Made by a program: the position numbers and the translations under genes
Shown here: piece by piece, positions 1 through 11,700 of the stretch
Position numbering within the stretch: position 1 is the stretch's first letter
Layout of the letters: every line of letters begins with the position of its first letter
The notes under the pieces: model-generated
Databases searched by the model: none
What the model was told of the DNA's origin: nothing
What the model saw: only the letters and a program-made list of their open reading frames with translations
DNA from: Camelus ferus
Taxonomy: Eukaryota
Assembly: GCF_009834535.1 (NCBI RefSeq)
Contig: NC_045697.1
Span: 28,150,001-28,214,000 of the forward strand
Length of the DNA: 64,000 nt
Direction: 5' to 3'

Positions 1-1007
1 ATCTGTGAGTTCTTTCTGCGTACAGTACAATTTGTTGAGTTTACATAAATAACAGGATTTTTTTTTTAATTTCTAATACTTGCTCTTTATGATGTTGAAG
101 AAGAGGTAAAGAATATCTGATATATTTCTGGAATTAAAGTTAAAATTAAATCTCAAAACTTTTCTGATATTTTTCTGCTATCATACATTTTTAAATGTTA
201 CCGAAATTATAGCAGTCTTCAAAATTTTTTTAAATAAGCCAAATTTTGAAAAAAGACGTAATATGACAGAGTTTTAAAAGTATCCTGGAATTACCAAACT
301 TTAAAGGGTTCTTTGAAATTATGTGTTGTCATTTTTTTAATTGTTGAGGGAAAACTTGGGGAGGTGAAGTGCTGCTGAGTTAGTACAGTAATATTAATTC
401 TGGGTGTGTTTTATGTGATATATATAACACATTTAAAACTATAGAGATAGATCCATTAAAATTGATTACTCATAAAACAAATACTGTTGTCTTAAAATCT
501 CTATGTGAAGAGAGGTTTGTATAACGATTACCCACATAAACCAGTTGGCAGAATGGCTGCAACTCGAACTGTTGAGAGAAGCCATAGCTTTAAAAGCCAC
601 ACTGTTGAAGTGAGCCCATCTGCAGTCTATCTTAATGACATTTCAGTGTTACTGTTGTAACACTGAATAGTATCATCTTTTAAATTCACAAACTAACATT
701 TGAGCAGTTTTGAAGCAGAAATTGCATGTGAATTCCTTAATTACATTTTGAAAAATGTATTCATAATCGACACTTAATCTATTTTAAATAGGGTGTGAGC
801 TTTTGTATCTCAAGTTTAAGTGAAGCAAAGTTACTTTGAAAAGGTACAGAATATAATTTGATAATCAGTTTGAAGAAAGTTTTGTGTCAGTATGAAAAGA
901 CATTTGCTGTTTAGCCAACAGATTTCAAAGTGATAAAAATTTTATGCCTTAAGAATGAAATAGAAAAAAGAAATTCTTAAAGCAACATATTGTGATTTTT
1001 CTCTTAG

Positions 1008-1042
1008 GTTGAAAAATACTGAAAAGGTTTTTGTTGCCAGAG
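1008..1042 (+). other. Candidate 35-nt non-coding micro-exon
   Basis: Acceptor gatttttctcttag|G and donor GAG|gtaaat, in the KLHL5 orientation. Confidence 0.35.
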
Positions 1043-2327
1043 GTAAATGTTTTCTAATATTCTTTTTAACATTTGGTTCTTTATTTTATAATTTAAAAAA
1101 TGTACAGTATAAGTATATACCTTTTATTATTGCTCTTACAGTTGTTGGATTCATTCTTTCATTAGAGAAATATTTATTGAGCACCTGTCTTTCAGGTACT
1201 GTTTTAAGTGCTAAGGGCTAAAACAATGAACCAAGTCAGTCTCTACTGCAGCTAACTTTGTAGTGAGGATAAAGATAACAAATAAGGGAGAGAACAGCTA
1301 ATATATCAGGTGGTAGTAAGTACTACAAGAAAACCCAGGAGGCTCAAGGGGATAGAAAATGATGAGGGGGTCTAGTTAATGTGGAGTAGCCCATGCAGGC
1401 CACTTTGGTAATTTAACAATGTAATAACTTTTAATATGTGTTGATCTTTCATAAATAATTACCCTAGGAAGTACTACTCATCAGAGCTGGAAGAATATTT
1501 GAGTGAAACAATATTAAATTACATGGTAGAACTTGATGGGACAGAAAAAGTGTTATTTAAATAAATGCTGAATTCCATGCCATGAAAGCATTAATGTTTA
1601 AATTTACTACATATTTTTCCTAAAGTATTTGATCCAAGAATTCAATTAAGGTAGAAAATAGTTCTGTGAACCCGTTTCTAACTTTGGGGCTATAAGAAGC
1701 TACTTTACCAAAAAGATAATTTTTAATGTATTTTGTTAGAATGAAGATTTTCCTGCAAGGTACCCATGCTTAGACAGGCTTAAGCTTAGGCAAAAATTAT
1801 TAAATTAGAGATCTAGCTGTAAGGGATTTTGAGCAAATTCTGTCTTTGAGGAGTATTTTCTAGTTTTGCTTGCCTAAATTCTCCCCATTTGTCAGCATTT
1901 CTCGTAATCAATTTGACATTTACAATTTTTTTAGTAATACTGATTTTTTTTAAAACTTTAATTTTATTTAAATATTCTATTTTAATTGTTATTTTTGTCC
2001 TCTTTCTAAGTTCTGTTTTTTTTTTCTTTGATTATATTTACTAGAAGATAAGAGAGTATACTGGCAAATTTTTTAAGAGCTAGATCTTTATTAATTCTGT
2101 CATTTTTCTTCTTAGTTTCTCTCTAATTTTTATTATTTCATAACTCCTTTTAGAGGACTGATTTGGCTTTCAACTTGGGTAGACTGCTTAGTGTCTGTCT
2201 TTTTTTCCTTTTTAAATAATGAATGCATTTAGAAAGTTATAAATCTTACAAAGGAAATATTCCCCTTACTGTAACAATTTAAGCCATCCACTGTGCTTAG
2301 GTGCCATTCCTTTTATCAAAGCCTTCA

Positions 2328-2357
2328 GTTTTGTTTTGTTTTGTTTTGTTTTGTTTT
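2328..2357. repeat. (GTTTT)6 microsatellite
   Basis: Read directly from sequence. Confidence 0.9.
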
Positions 2358-2949
2358 TGCTTCATGGTTCTGCCTACAATCATCAATCTCATCTTCCTGC
2401 TGGAGCATTCTCATCATTCTGAGATGTTCCGTATCTTTTAAACTCAAATAAACAAATGAGCAAAACAGATGCATTGTCTTGATTCCTCAACTCTTCCAGC
2501 TGCAGGCTCATTCCACAGCCTCACTATTCGGCAGAACTTTCCTAAGGAGTTGTCTATACATGCTCTCTTACTTCTTATCTTCCATTAACTCTTCAACCCA
2601 CCATAGTCTGGCTTTTGTCCCTATCCCTTAACTGAAACTGTTGCTGTCTGACTTGGCAAAATTTTTACATTGCCTACTCCAGTGGGCATTTTCCACTCGA
2701 CCTCTTATTTGACACAATGATCATCCCTTTTGCTTTGAAACACCTTTATCCTTTGACTTGCCTTAAACCATGCCCTGCTGATTTTCCTCTACTTCATTAG
2801 TTGTCCCTGTCTCCTTTGGTGTGTTTATCTTTTAGAGTTCCTTGGAGCTTGGATCTGAGCTCCAGGAACATTTGCCCAACTATCTGACATCTCCACATAG
2901 ATGTCTCAAAGTTACCTCTAACTTAACAAGAAATATACACTAATTTTAA

Positions 2950-5200
2950 AATATCATAGCTAATGAGGGAGTGTGATAAAATGACTAGATACAATATAAA
3001 TGTACTCAAACTTTTGTTACAGTGGCAATAACCATGTGGAAATGAAACTAGAAAGGTATTGCATTTACAACAGTGAGAAAAAAAAGGAAATGAAAGAACA
3101 TGATAAAAAATTTAATAAGAAATGCACAGGACCTATATTTAAAAGATTTTAAAGTCTTATTGATGAGCATGAGATCTGAACAAACTATAAAACATATATT
3201 CTTGGATTATATTTACTAGAAAAATTTTAATGTCATAAAATGCCAGTCATCTCAAAATTAACATACAAATTTGATGCAGTTCTGATTAGAATCTCAATAG
3301 GGTTGGGGCTTTTTTCAGAGGAGAGGATTGGGTCATATTATTTAAAGTATATATACAGAAGAGTAGATAATTAAAATTAGATTTAAAATTATTTTAAAAG
3401 AATATATGTGGAAATAAGAACTTGCTTTAACAAATATTAAACATATTGTAAATGTACTATAATTAAAACATTGCAATACTGGCATAAAATAGACAAATAA
3501 TGGAACATAATTAGCATTCTGAAATTGATCTCTGTATATGGGAAGCTAATTCATAACAAAAATAATACCTCAATTTAGTGGGAAAGGGTGGCTTATAGTA
3601 AAATGATGTTGATAATAGACTGAGGGCTCATATTAGAAATATAAAGAGCTCCTACAAATCAAGAAGATAAAGACAGACAAGGTAATAGAAAAAAAAAGAG
3701 AGAGCAAGGGAATTTAAAAAAGGACCTTTCACAAAGAGGCAAGCCAAATGACCAATTCACATGAAAAGTTACTCAACCACATTAATAATCAGAGAAATGT
3801 AAAGTAAAACCAAATGGGTACCACTACACCACCATCATCATGACTAAAATTAAAGTCTGACAGTACCAGTGTTGGCTGCATATGGAGTAACTGGACTTCC
3901 CATATGCTGCTTGTAAGAGTGTAAATCAGTAACAAGAATCAAAGTTGAATGCATATGTACGAAAATGTTTATAGAATTACTTGCAAAAGTCTAAAATCAG
4001 AAACAACTCAAATGTCAGCAATGAATGGATTTGGATGGTCATATATTTATACAATGGAATAAAAACCAGCTATCAGCTGCTACAGACTACAGCACGGATT
4101 AATTTCAAAGCAATGGTGAGTAAAGAATATATGAGATTCAAAACAGATAAAATTATGCTAAGGATGGTGGTTACCTTTGAAGGTGCTTGTGGAAGACTTT
4201 TGAATGCTGGTAATGTTTCTTTTCTTAACCTGAATAGGGTTGACATTGTGATAATTTATTGGGCTCTCTACTTATGATTTGTACATTTTTCTATTGTATG
4301 TCAAACTTTAATTTTAAAATGTTTCTAAAGGTTGCTCTCCATTTGGGAAATAGATTAGAAAAAGTATTTGTAAAACAAGACAGATGAAGAGTTAATATAC
4401 AAAGAGCTTCTAGTTGATAATAAGGAAAAATCAAACAGCCCAAGAGAAAAATAGGCAAAGAGTATAAGTAGCTAGTTCAGAAAACTACAAATCAAAATGG
4501 TCTATAAACCTATGAAAATATGCTTAAGCCCGGTAGTCATCAGGAGTTTAAAGAATTACCATATTCATTGTTGACTGGTGGGTCTATAAAAGTAAATGAG
4601 GATGCCCTCACTTCACTTTTGAAAACATGAATCTCAGGCAAGTGAGTTATCTATTCATTCCTTCAGCCCAGCAGTTCCACTCCTGGGAATAAATTCTATA
4701 GACAGAAAAGTCTCACAAGGACGTTTATTTCAACAGAAACAAAAACCTGAAGTCAGTTCACATGTCCGTTAGCAAGGAGGTAGTTTAATAAATTGCATTT
4801 TATAATTATGAAATATTATGCAACTATTTAAAAATCATTATTAGTTTATATTTCCATATATATAATTTTGGTGAGAAAAGCAAAATGCCAAAAATATGTA
4901 TACAATCTGATCTCTTTTATAAAACAATAGCAAAATCCCCTGTATATGTGTATAGAAGTTTGGATATGGCTTTTATTAAACAAGGACAAAGGTGTGAAAG
5001 GCTGTACACCAGGCTGTCAACACGATCACCAGGAAGAATGAATGGAGGAAAATTGACAAAATAAATGTCTCTGAAAAAAAAAAAACATGCAGAATGAGTC
5101 CACTGATGCAAAAGATTGGGGTGCTGGTTTTTTTTTTTTGTATTGTATGTATATTATGTATGTATGTATGTAACTAAACCCATGATTATGACAGCAGGGG
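2950..5200 (+). mobile_element. Cluster of ancient degraded LINE-1 fragments (L1M/L1ME-like)
   Basis: A-rich ORF2-like and 3' UTR-like motifs (taaagagctcctacaaatcaagaaga; cactacacacc; cccagcagttccactcctgggaat). Confidence 0.7.
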
Positions 5201-7699
5201 CTAAATATTGGACTTGGCCTTTGCCAACCCAAATCCTAGCATCCCTTTTAAAATCTGAAAGCCTATTTCAGTGACTAACTAATCTCCTACCTGCATCTCT
5301 AGCCTACTCAGAACAGCTACTGTATTAAAAAAGTATTTATTTAATGTATATCTCAATATCTTGGTGAAAAGGGTCTGTGGCCCCTCTTGAGAGTAGAAGC
5401 ATGGTTTAACATTTTAACATCCATATCTCCTTAAGTCTTTGTATTTCTTCTCCATATCAAATTGAGAAACATCTGGCATATCAATGGCCTTCAATGAAGT
5501 CCACTCTTGTGTTGAGACTTCATCTGATCCACCAAACAGCAAAACAATTAAAATTAGCTATTGGAGCTAGCACGTTGTAAGTGGACTTCTCTGGTAAGTG
5601 TTCTCGTATTGGCAGAATGAATCCAATTTAAAATTAATTTATATAAAATTATATGTATTAAAATGTATTCTTTATAATGTTCATTTATTCTTTTCTCTGC
5701 CAGAGTATAGCCTTCTTAAAAGAAACATTTGTTTCTTATTCATCTTTCTACCTCTTGTGGTACCTTGTACGTATAAATGCTTGGTAAATACTTACTTGAA
5801 TGAAGAGTGATGGTAAGATCATTATGAACTACTGCAGTGGCATTTCTTCATTGTGGGTCTATACCGTGCACTGCAAGATGTTTACCATCTCTGGCCCCTG
5901 CCCATACAATTGCCCATAGCCCTCTCTGGTCATTCCAGCAACTAAACATCTATCCCCCCTACTTCCAAGAAGGTTTTTTGGGATGCAAGACCAGAGGGTT
6001 GGTGCTACCCTTGTTGAGAACCACAAGGCTAGAGTAATTGGAGAAGCCATTCTCAGGGCAGCAGTTCCTCTGCTAAACCTTGAAGGATGAATAGGATTTC
6101 AAAACCAGAGAAACTGGGGCACAAACAGCATATGAAAGAGGAAGCAATATAACATAGACCCTGTCTTAACTGATGAAGTATGTGTCTCTGTTGGAAAATA
6201 GTTAGAAACAATGTTGGATAGGTAGAGTGGAGTTAGAAGGGTGTTGAGAAAAGGAGTGTGACAGAGGTGAGAGTAGAGGGAGAAGTGTCGATCACTCTCT
6301 AAGGCATCCTGCATATTACCGCCAAATTCATTTTCTAAAACATTGCCCTGTTCAGCAGTCCACTTAACATTGCCTGCTAGCCTTTATATCTTTGCTGGGT
6401 GCTCACGGCATTGTATCTCATCTTATGCATCCATCCTTATCTCTTACTACTCCTTAAAATTAATTAAGTATGTCTGGCTGGCTGATCAAACTGGTATTTC
6501 CCTGTCTGTCTTTGTCGATATGCCCACTTCATTCTTTTATTAGTATCTTTCTTCCTTTATAAGATCTTTCACCATCCTGACTATACAATTTCTTGGTATT
6601 CTTAGAAGCCTTTTCCCTAATGAAACTGGCCCATAGCACTTCACACAATCTTGGCATTTCCTGTTTCTCTGATAGTATTTATGGTTTGTCCTGTGCTGTT
6701 TAGCACAGGTTATATATGCTTTTCATTCCACTCATTCTTATTTCTCTGAATAATTTTTATTCTCCTAAAGAGCTTTGTGATGTTAAGATACTTGCCTCAC
6801 AGTATTTTTTGTAATCCTCCAAAGCAGATCTTTTCCCCACTTCACTCATTTGATAATAGTAATTGCCTTTTGAGTAAAACTATTTGATGTAGCATTAGAT
6901 ATTGAGCACCCTGAAAACACAAATTCTGTATTTGTAGATTATAAAATGTTCATACTGCAGCATTATAGTGTTTCTTATATTTAAGTTATCAAATATTTTT
7001 GTTTCAGTAACTCAATTATTTTTGAGGTTAGGAACCAAGATGTATATATCTGTCCCTCCCAATGCCTAGTAGAGTGTCTTGCTCACAATAGCTGTGCAGT
7101 ATTTTAAATTTTGATTGCATTTGATTGATTTTTTGAATTTGCTTTATCAATTCGAGCTATAACCATGATCAGACCATTGTTCTGTTTTGCTAACAACAGG
7201 GGGCACCATTAGGGTACTTATACGCCCAAGAAATAATCCTGTCCCAGTCCTAGGGAGCTTTCTGGAGCCGCACTTTCCTTTTCCTAAGTAGTGTCATAGA
7301 AATCTGGCTATTGTACTAAATCAGCGTGGCCCAATCCTAATTATAGACCAATATTGACTTCGGGTTATTTATTTGAAAAAGAGTAAGTACTGTTATAGTT
7401 TGGTCCTTTGTAGTTTTCTAACTTTGTCTTTCTCCTTGTTCCCAATATTCTTTGCTCAAATAAAATCTTACCAGGATCTTCCTATATTAATGAAATACAC
7501 TCCTCTTCTGAAGAAAGAAGATAGAGGTGGAGAGCAGTGAACGGGAACCCCACCTTTTTATTCCTCCTCCTTCCTCGCCCCTCATCCAAAGAGCACAGCT
7601 TGAAAAATCTAACTCATCTAATTTTAAAATGCTTTAAATAAAAAAAAAATGTTTTATGATAGCTCACTTAGGAACTTAGAATAAAAATAGGAACACTTT

Positions 7700-8220
7700 A
7701 GTTTTACAGTGATTTTTTAAGTACAAAGGAGAATGCTGTGGACTACATTTCTTGTTTCAGCAATAAAAGAGTTAATATACTAAGCAGCAGAGACTGAGAT
7801 ACTGCCACGGGATAGTGCTTTCTGTCTCTGTCATTTGTGGTTTAAGAAAAGGGGGTGGTGTTCTGCATTTGAAAGGATTTTAATGAATGCTGTCAGTGTT
7901 TGCGAGAGCTAATGGTCAGTATGGGAAAGGAGAGCAGGGGAAAGTGGTCTAGCTGCTTCAGGATAGGTGGATGAGAGTTTGTTCTGATTGAACGGAATGT
8001 TCCACCGTGTTTCATCTTTTTTCATTGTCCTTTGTTCTTTATAATGTGATATATTGGTATAAAAGTAAATGTAGATATATATGTGAATGTGATTTATCTT
8101 CCTTTCAATTTGTTTATTGTGTACAGCAGGGCATATACTTCTCTTGTCTTGGTTGGATGCATAAATCTGTGTGCAGTGCTTTTTGCCCGTTGCCTAGACG
8201 ATCACTTGGTTTCTCTGAGG
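7700..8220 (+). promoter_or_regulatory. Non-CpG-island promoter / 5' leader of the long KLHL5 isoform, with TATAAAAG at 8058-8065
   Basis: Repeat-free sequence directly 5' of coding exon 1 containing a consensus TATA motif. The TSS cannot be fixed from sequence alone. Confidence 0.4.
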
Positions 8221-8603
8221 ATGTCTGGTTCTCGTAAAGAGTTTGATGTGAAGCAGATTTTGAAAATCAGATGGAGGTGGTTTAGCCATCAAGCAGCATC
8301 TCCTAATTCTACAGTTGACAGCCAGCAGGGAGAATTTTGGAATCGAGGACAGACCAGAGCAAATGGTGGGAGAAAGTTTTTAGATCCATGTAGCCTACAA
8401 TTGCCTTTGGCTTCAATTGGTTACCGAAGGTCCAGCCAACTGGATTTTCAGAATTCACCTTCTTGGCCAATGGCATCCACCTCTGAAGTCCCTGCATTTG
8501 AGTTTACAGCAGAAGATTGTGGCGGTGCACATTGGCTGGATAGACCAGAAGTGGATGATGGCACTAGTGAAGAAGAAAATGAATCTGATTCCAGTTCATG
8601 CAG
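8221..8603 (+). CDS. KLHL5: KLHL5 coding exon 1 (Ser/acidic N-terminal region)
   Basis: ATG at 8221 (ctgaggATGt); MSGSRKEF...ESDSSSC; donor CAG|gtctat, phase 2. Confidence 0.93.
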
Positions 8604-8697
8604 GTCTATTATTTTCTTACTGTTAGAAGTGGGGTGTGGGGTATATTCTCTATACTGTTTAAAATAATTTAGTATTATTATTTAAAATCTATGATTT

Positions 8698-8733
<36 letters not shown>

Positions 8734-11700
8734 CATATATATGCATATATAATATCTTGGTATGTAGTACTTTTGCTGGGATTTTAAAAATTGTTCTAAT
8801 ATTGACTTTAATTCTATAAAATTATAAAGACAACAAATAGCTTTGAAATATGTTATGTTCCATATATAGATCTGGCTCTGCCTTGAAAATAATATATGGT
8901 AGCAATTTTATGCATCATTGCTTTGCAGTTTGCTTCATCCATTTACCTTCTATAGTTATAGCAAAACTGTAAGACATTTCTATAATATAAAAATTTTTAG
9001 GACATTTCAGTTTGCAACAGATTATAGAGTCATGTTTTAATTTTAATGAAAATGAAAGACTTTACAAGGAGATGCACATTGCAGTTGCCAATAATTTTTT
9101 ACACCCTTGCAGTTGTCAATAATATTTTTCTTATTATTTCTCTTTGTCCTATGTCGCAGCCCTTCAGAGTAATACAGAGAATACAGTAACATGTCTCTTC
9201 CTAAGATGACAGCTACTAATTCCTGTTATCTTCACTTCACTGAAAATTGTGCTATTTAGGGAAATGAAGGACATTCCTTCAGTAACGTATAAGGGAACAT
9301 AGAAGAGCTAGTTGTGTGTGATTGGCTAGTGAAAAGGGGGCAAAAATAAGGGGAAATGAGTTTGAGGAGAGAAAAATCGGTAATTTTGTAATGACTTTAT
9401 CTTCACCCATGTGGAGCCAGGCTTATCTTTGAAATAAATTTTCTTAATCAGTTTAAACTACTATGGCATATTATGTAACAAGTTAGAGTCTTGAAAGTCA
9501 TCTTTCTGATCATCTTCACTCAAAAATATTTAAAGGCTTATTATTTTTCTAAATTGATTACTGGATCCTTTTTCTTCTAAAATTTCTCTGCAGGTTTTAA
9601 TAGCACTTGTAATTTGTATGTTGGTTATTAATATAGGCATCATAAGAGATGGAGACAAAATGAGTTCATATATTCAATAATCTCTTACTGGGGAATATTT
9701 ACTGCCTTCTCTTCTAATCTTCAGAATATGGAATTCTGAACTGTGGTGTTGGAATAATAATAAATATAGACCAGTCATCTATAATCATATGTATAATGAA
9801 GAGAGGGGAATATCTCTACATAGGTAACTAGTGTATTTAATTACAATTTTTAAAATTAGTTCATGATTTAGCAGTATCTTAAGGGAATAGGAGCCACTAA
9901 TAATTTTAATATGGAGAGCAACTGAGTTAATATGGTTTGATTGTTTTGTATTTTCTTTGGGTACTTGTTGCCATAAAGAGAGTAATTTATATAGTAAAAG
10001 GTTCAGGGTTTATCATTTTTGTGGGAAACTGAAGAGTAATCATCTTTTCATTTGGAAATCAATACAAAGTATCAAGAACATTTTTAACAAAATTAGAAAA
10101 AAAACAAAACATTCATTCATTTACCAGCCTAAGTATAAAAACCTTAACATGTATCTACTACCTGGAGAGATTATACATAATGTGAGTATAAAACTTATAT
10201 ACATGTATAATCTTAGAAAGGTTATACACACATGGTATAATTTACTTCCTTAGAGCAAAGGTAATTTGCATAGCTAATGATTACTGAAATTAAGTTAATC
10301 TGTTCTGTAGAATCCATATTGAAATATCTTGATGGGATATTCATTATGACAGAAAAAGATTGCTTTTTTTTCATTAAGAGATTGCTATGTGCATCCTTCA
10401 AGAACATAACTGACATTTTTATTTAGAGAAGTTATAAAAATAAGAAACTTTTTAAATCTAAAATAAGTTGTTTTAAAAATACTAATTGTTTTAACATGCT
10501 AGTTGTTTTAAAAATGCTAATCAAGAAAATTGAAAGTAAATAACAAGATGGGGAGTAAACAGTTTACATCTGTAGTCACCAATTTCTAAAATATCATTTT
10601 GAAAATAAAAGGGATTAAAGAAAATGTCTCTGATTTTTAGATATAAGAGAGGAAATGTGTGAAAGATATTTAATATTCTTGATGGCTTGAAATTTCTATC
10701 TTAACATCTTACTGCAAAAAAGTAAAAAACATTCAGATTTTAGGTATGTCAATTGTGTGTATACTTTCACTTTTCCACTTTTTTCTAGATTAAATATATT
10801 TAATTCTCACATTCTCCTTTGATCCTTCAGCTATGAGTCTTTGATCTTTGTCATGAGGATACATTTATTTTCCTCCAGCTTTTTGATTAAGTGAGCAATC
10901 TCTCTAGGTGTTTGCCCTCTACTGTAAAACAAATCAAAAACTATCACCATTAATGTCAAAAAAAAGCTACACTGACATTCATCAAATTTTGTATATAACT
11001 TGGGAATAGTCCTTTTTCTTATATAATATTTGCAAATAATAAAATATATAGTAAACATTTTATTTGCATATACTATATAGATTGATATCTTAAAATATTG
11101 AAGGCATAATGGGAAAATACATAAGATATATGGAAAATTTCTCATTTACATGGCCATAATACTTACACAGATCTCAGAACTTAGACTGAAATTTTGAGTT
11201 ATTAGAAAAAGAGGAAATCAGTTGAGTGTATTTATACATATACCTACAGTGGGTAGACAATTTAATTGAAAGTGGAAGTTAGGAGGCATCACATGTTGCT
11301 AATGTGTTTGATCAGTTGCAGTCTATGCAGGAGAAATGTCTTCTTGAGCCTTAGACTTAGGGTGATTTCTGCTGCCACATATCTAAGTGATTTAAAAGTT
11401 TCTCACCTTTTAACTTTGATCTTGGGTCTGTAGCCTCGCCACTTTTTCTCCATAGGAATCATCTAAGCCATTACTTCATTGTTAAAATACAAACTTTGTT
11501 TTTTACACCGTGAAGAATTTTAGATCTTAAGCAACAGAGTTGTCACCTTCTGTGTGAGCAGTAAGTTCCTAAGACTTTCACTCAGGATGAATTTTCACCA
11601 GGGCTGCAAGGTTTACATGGTGGCTCACCATGTGCCTATAGTATAAACACAGTTTACACTTTACTTGATTTGCCAGCTTTGAAATTATGTAATTTTGACA

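Noticed and set aside
6690..6709. 8-bp hairpin CCTGTGCT-gttt-AGCACAGG
   Set aside because: Too short; expected by chance in 64 kb.
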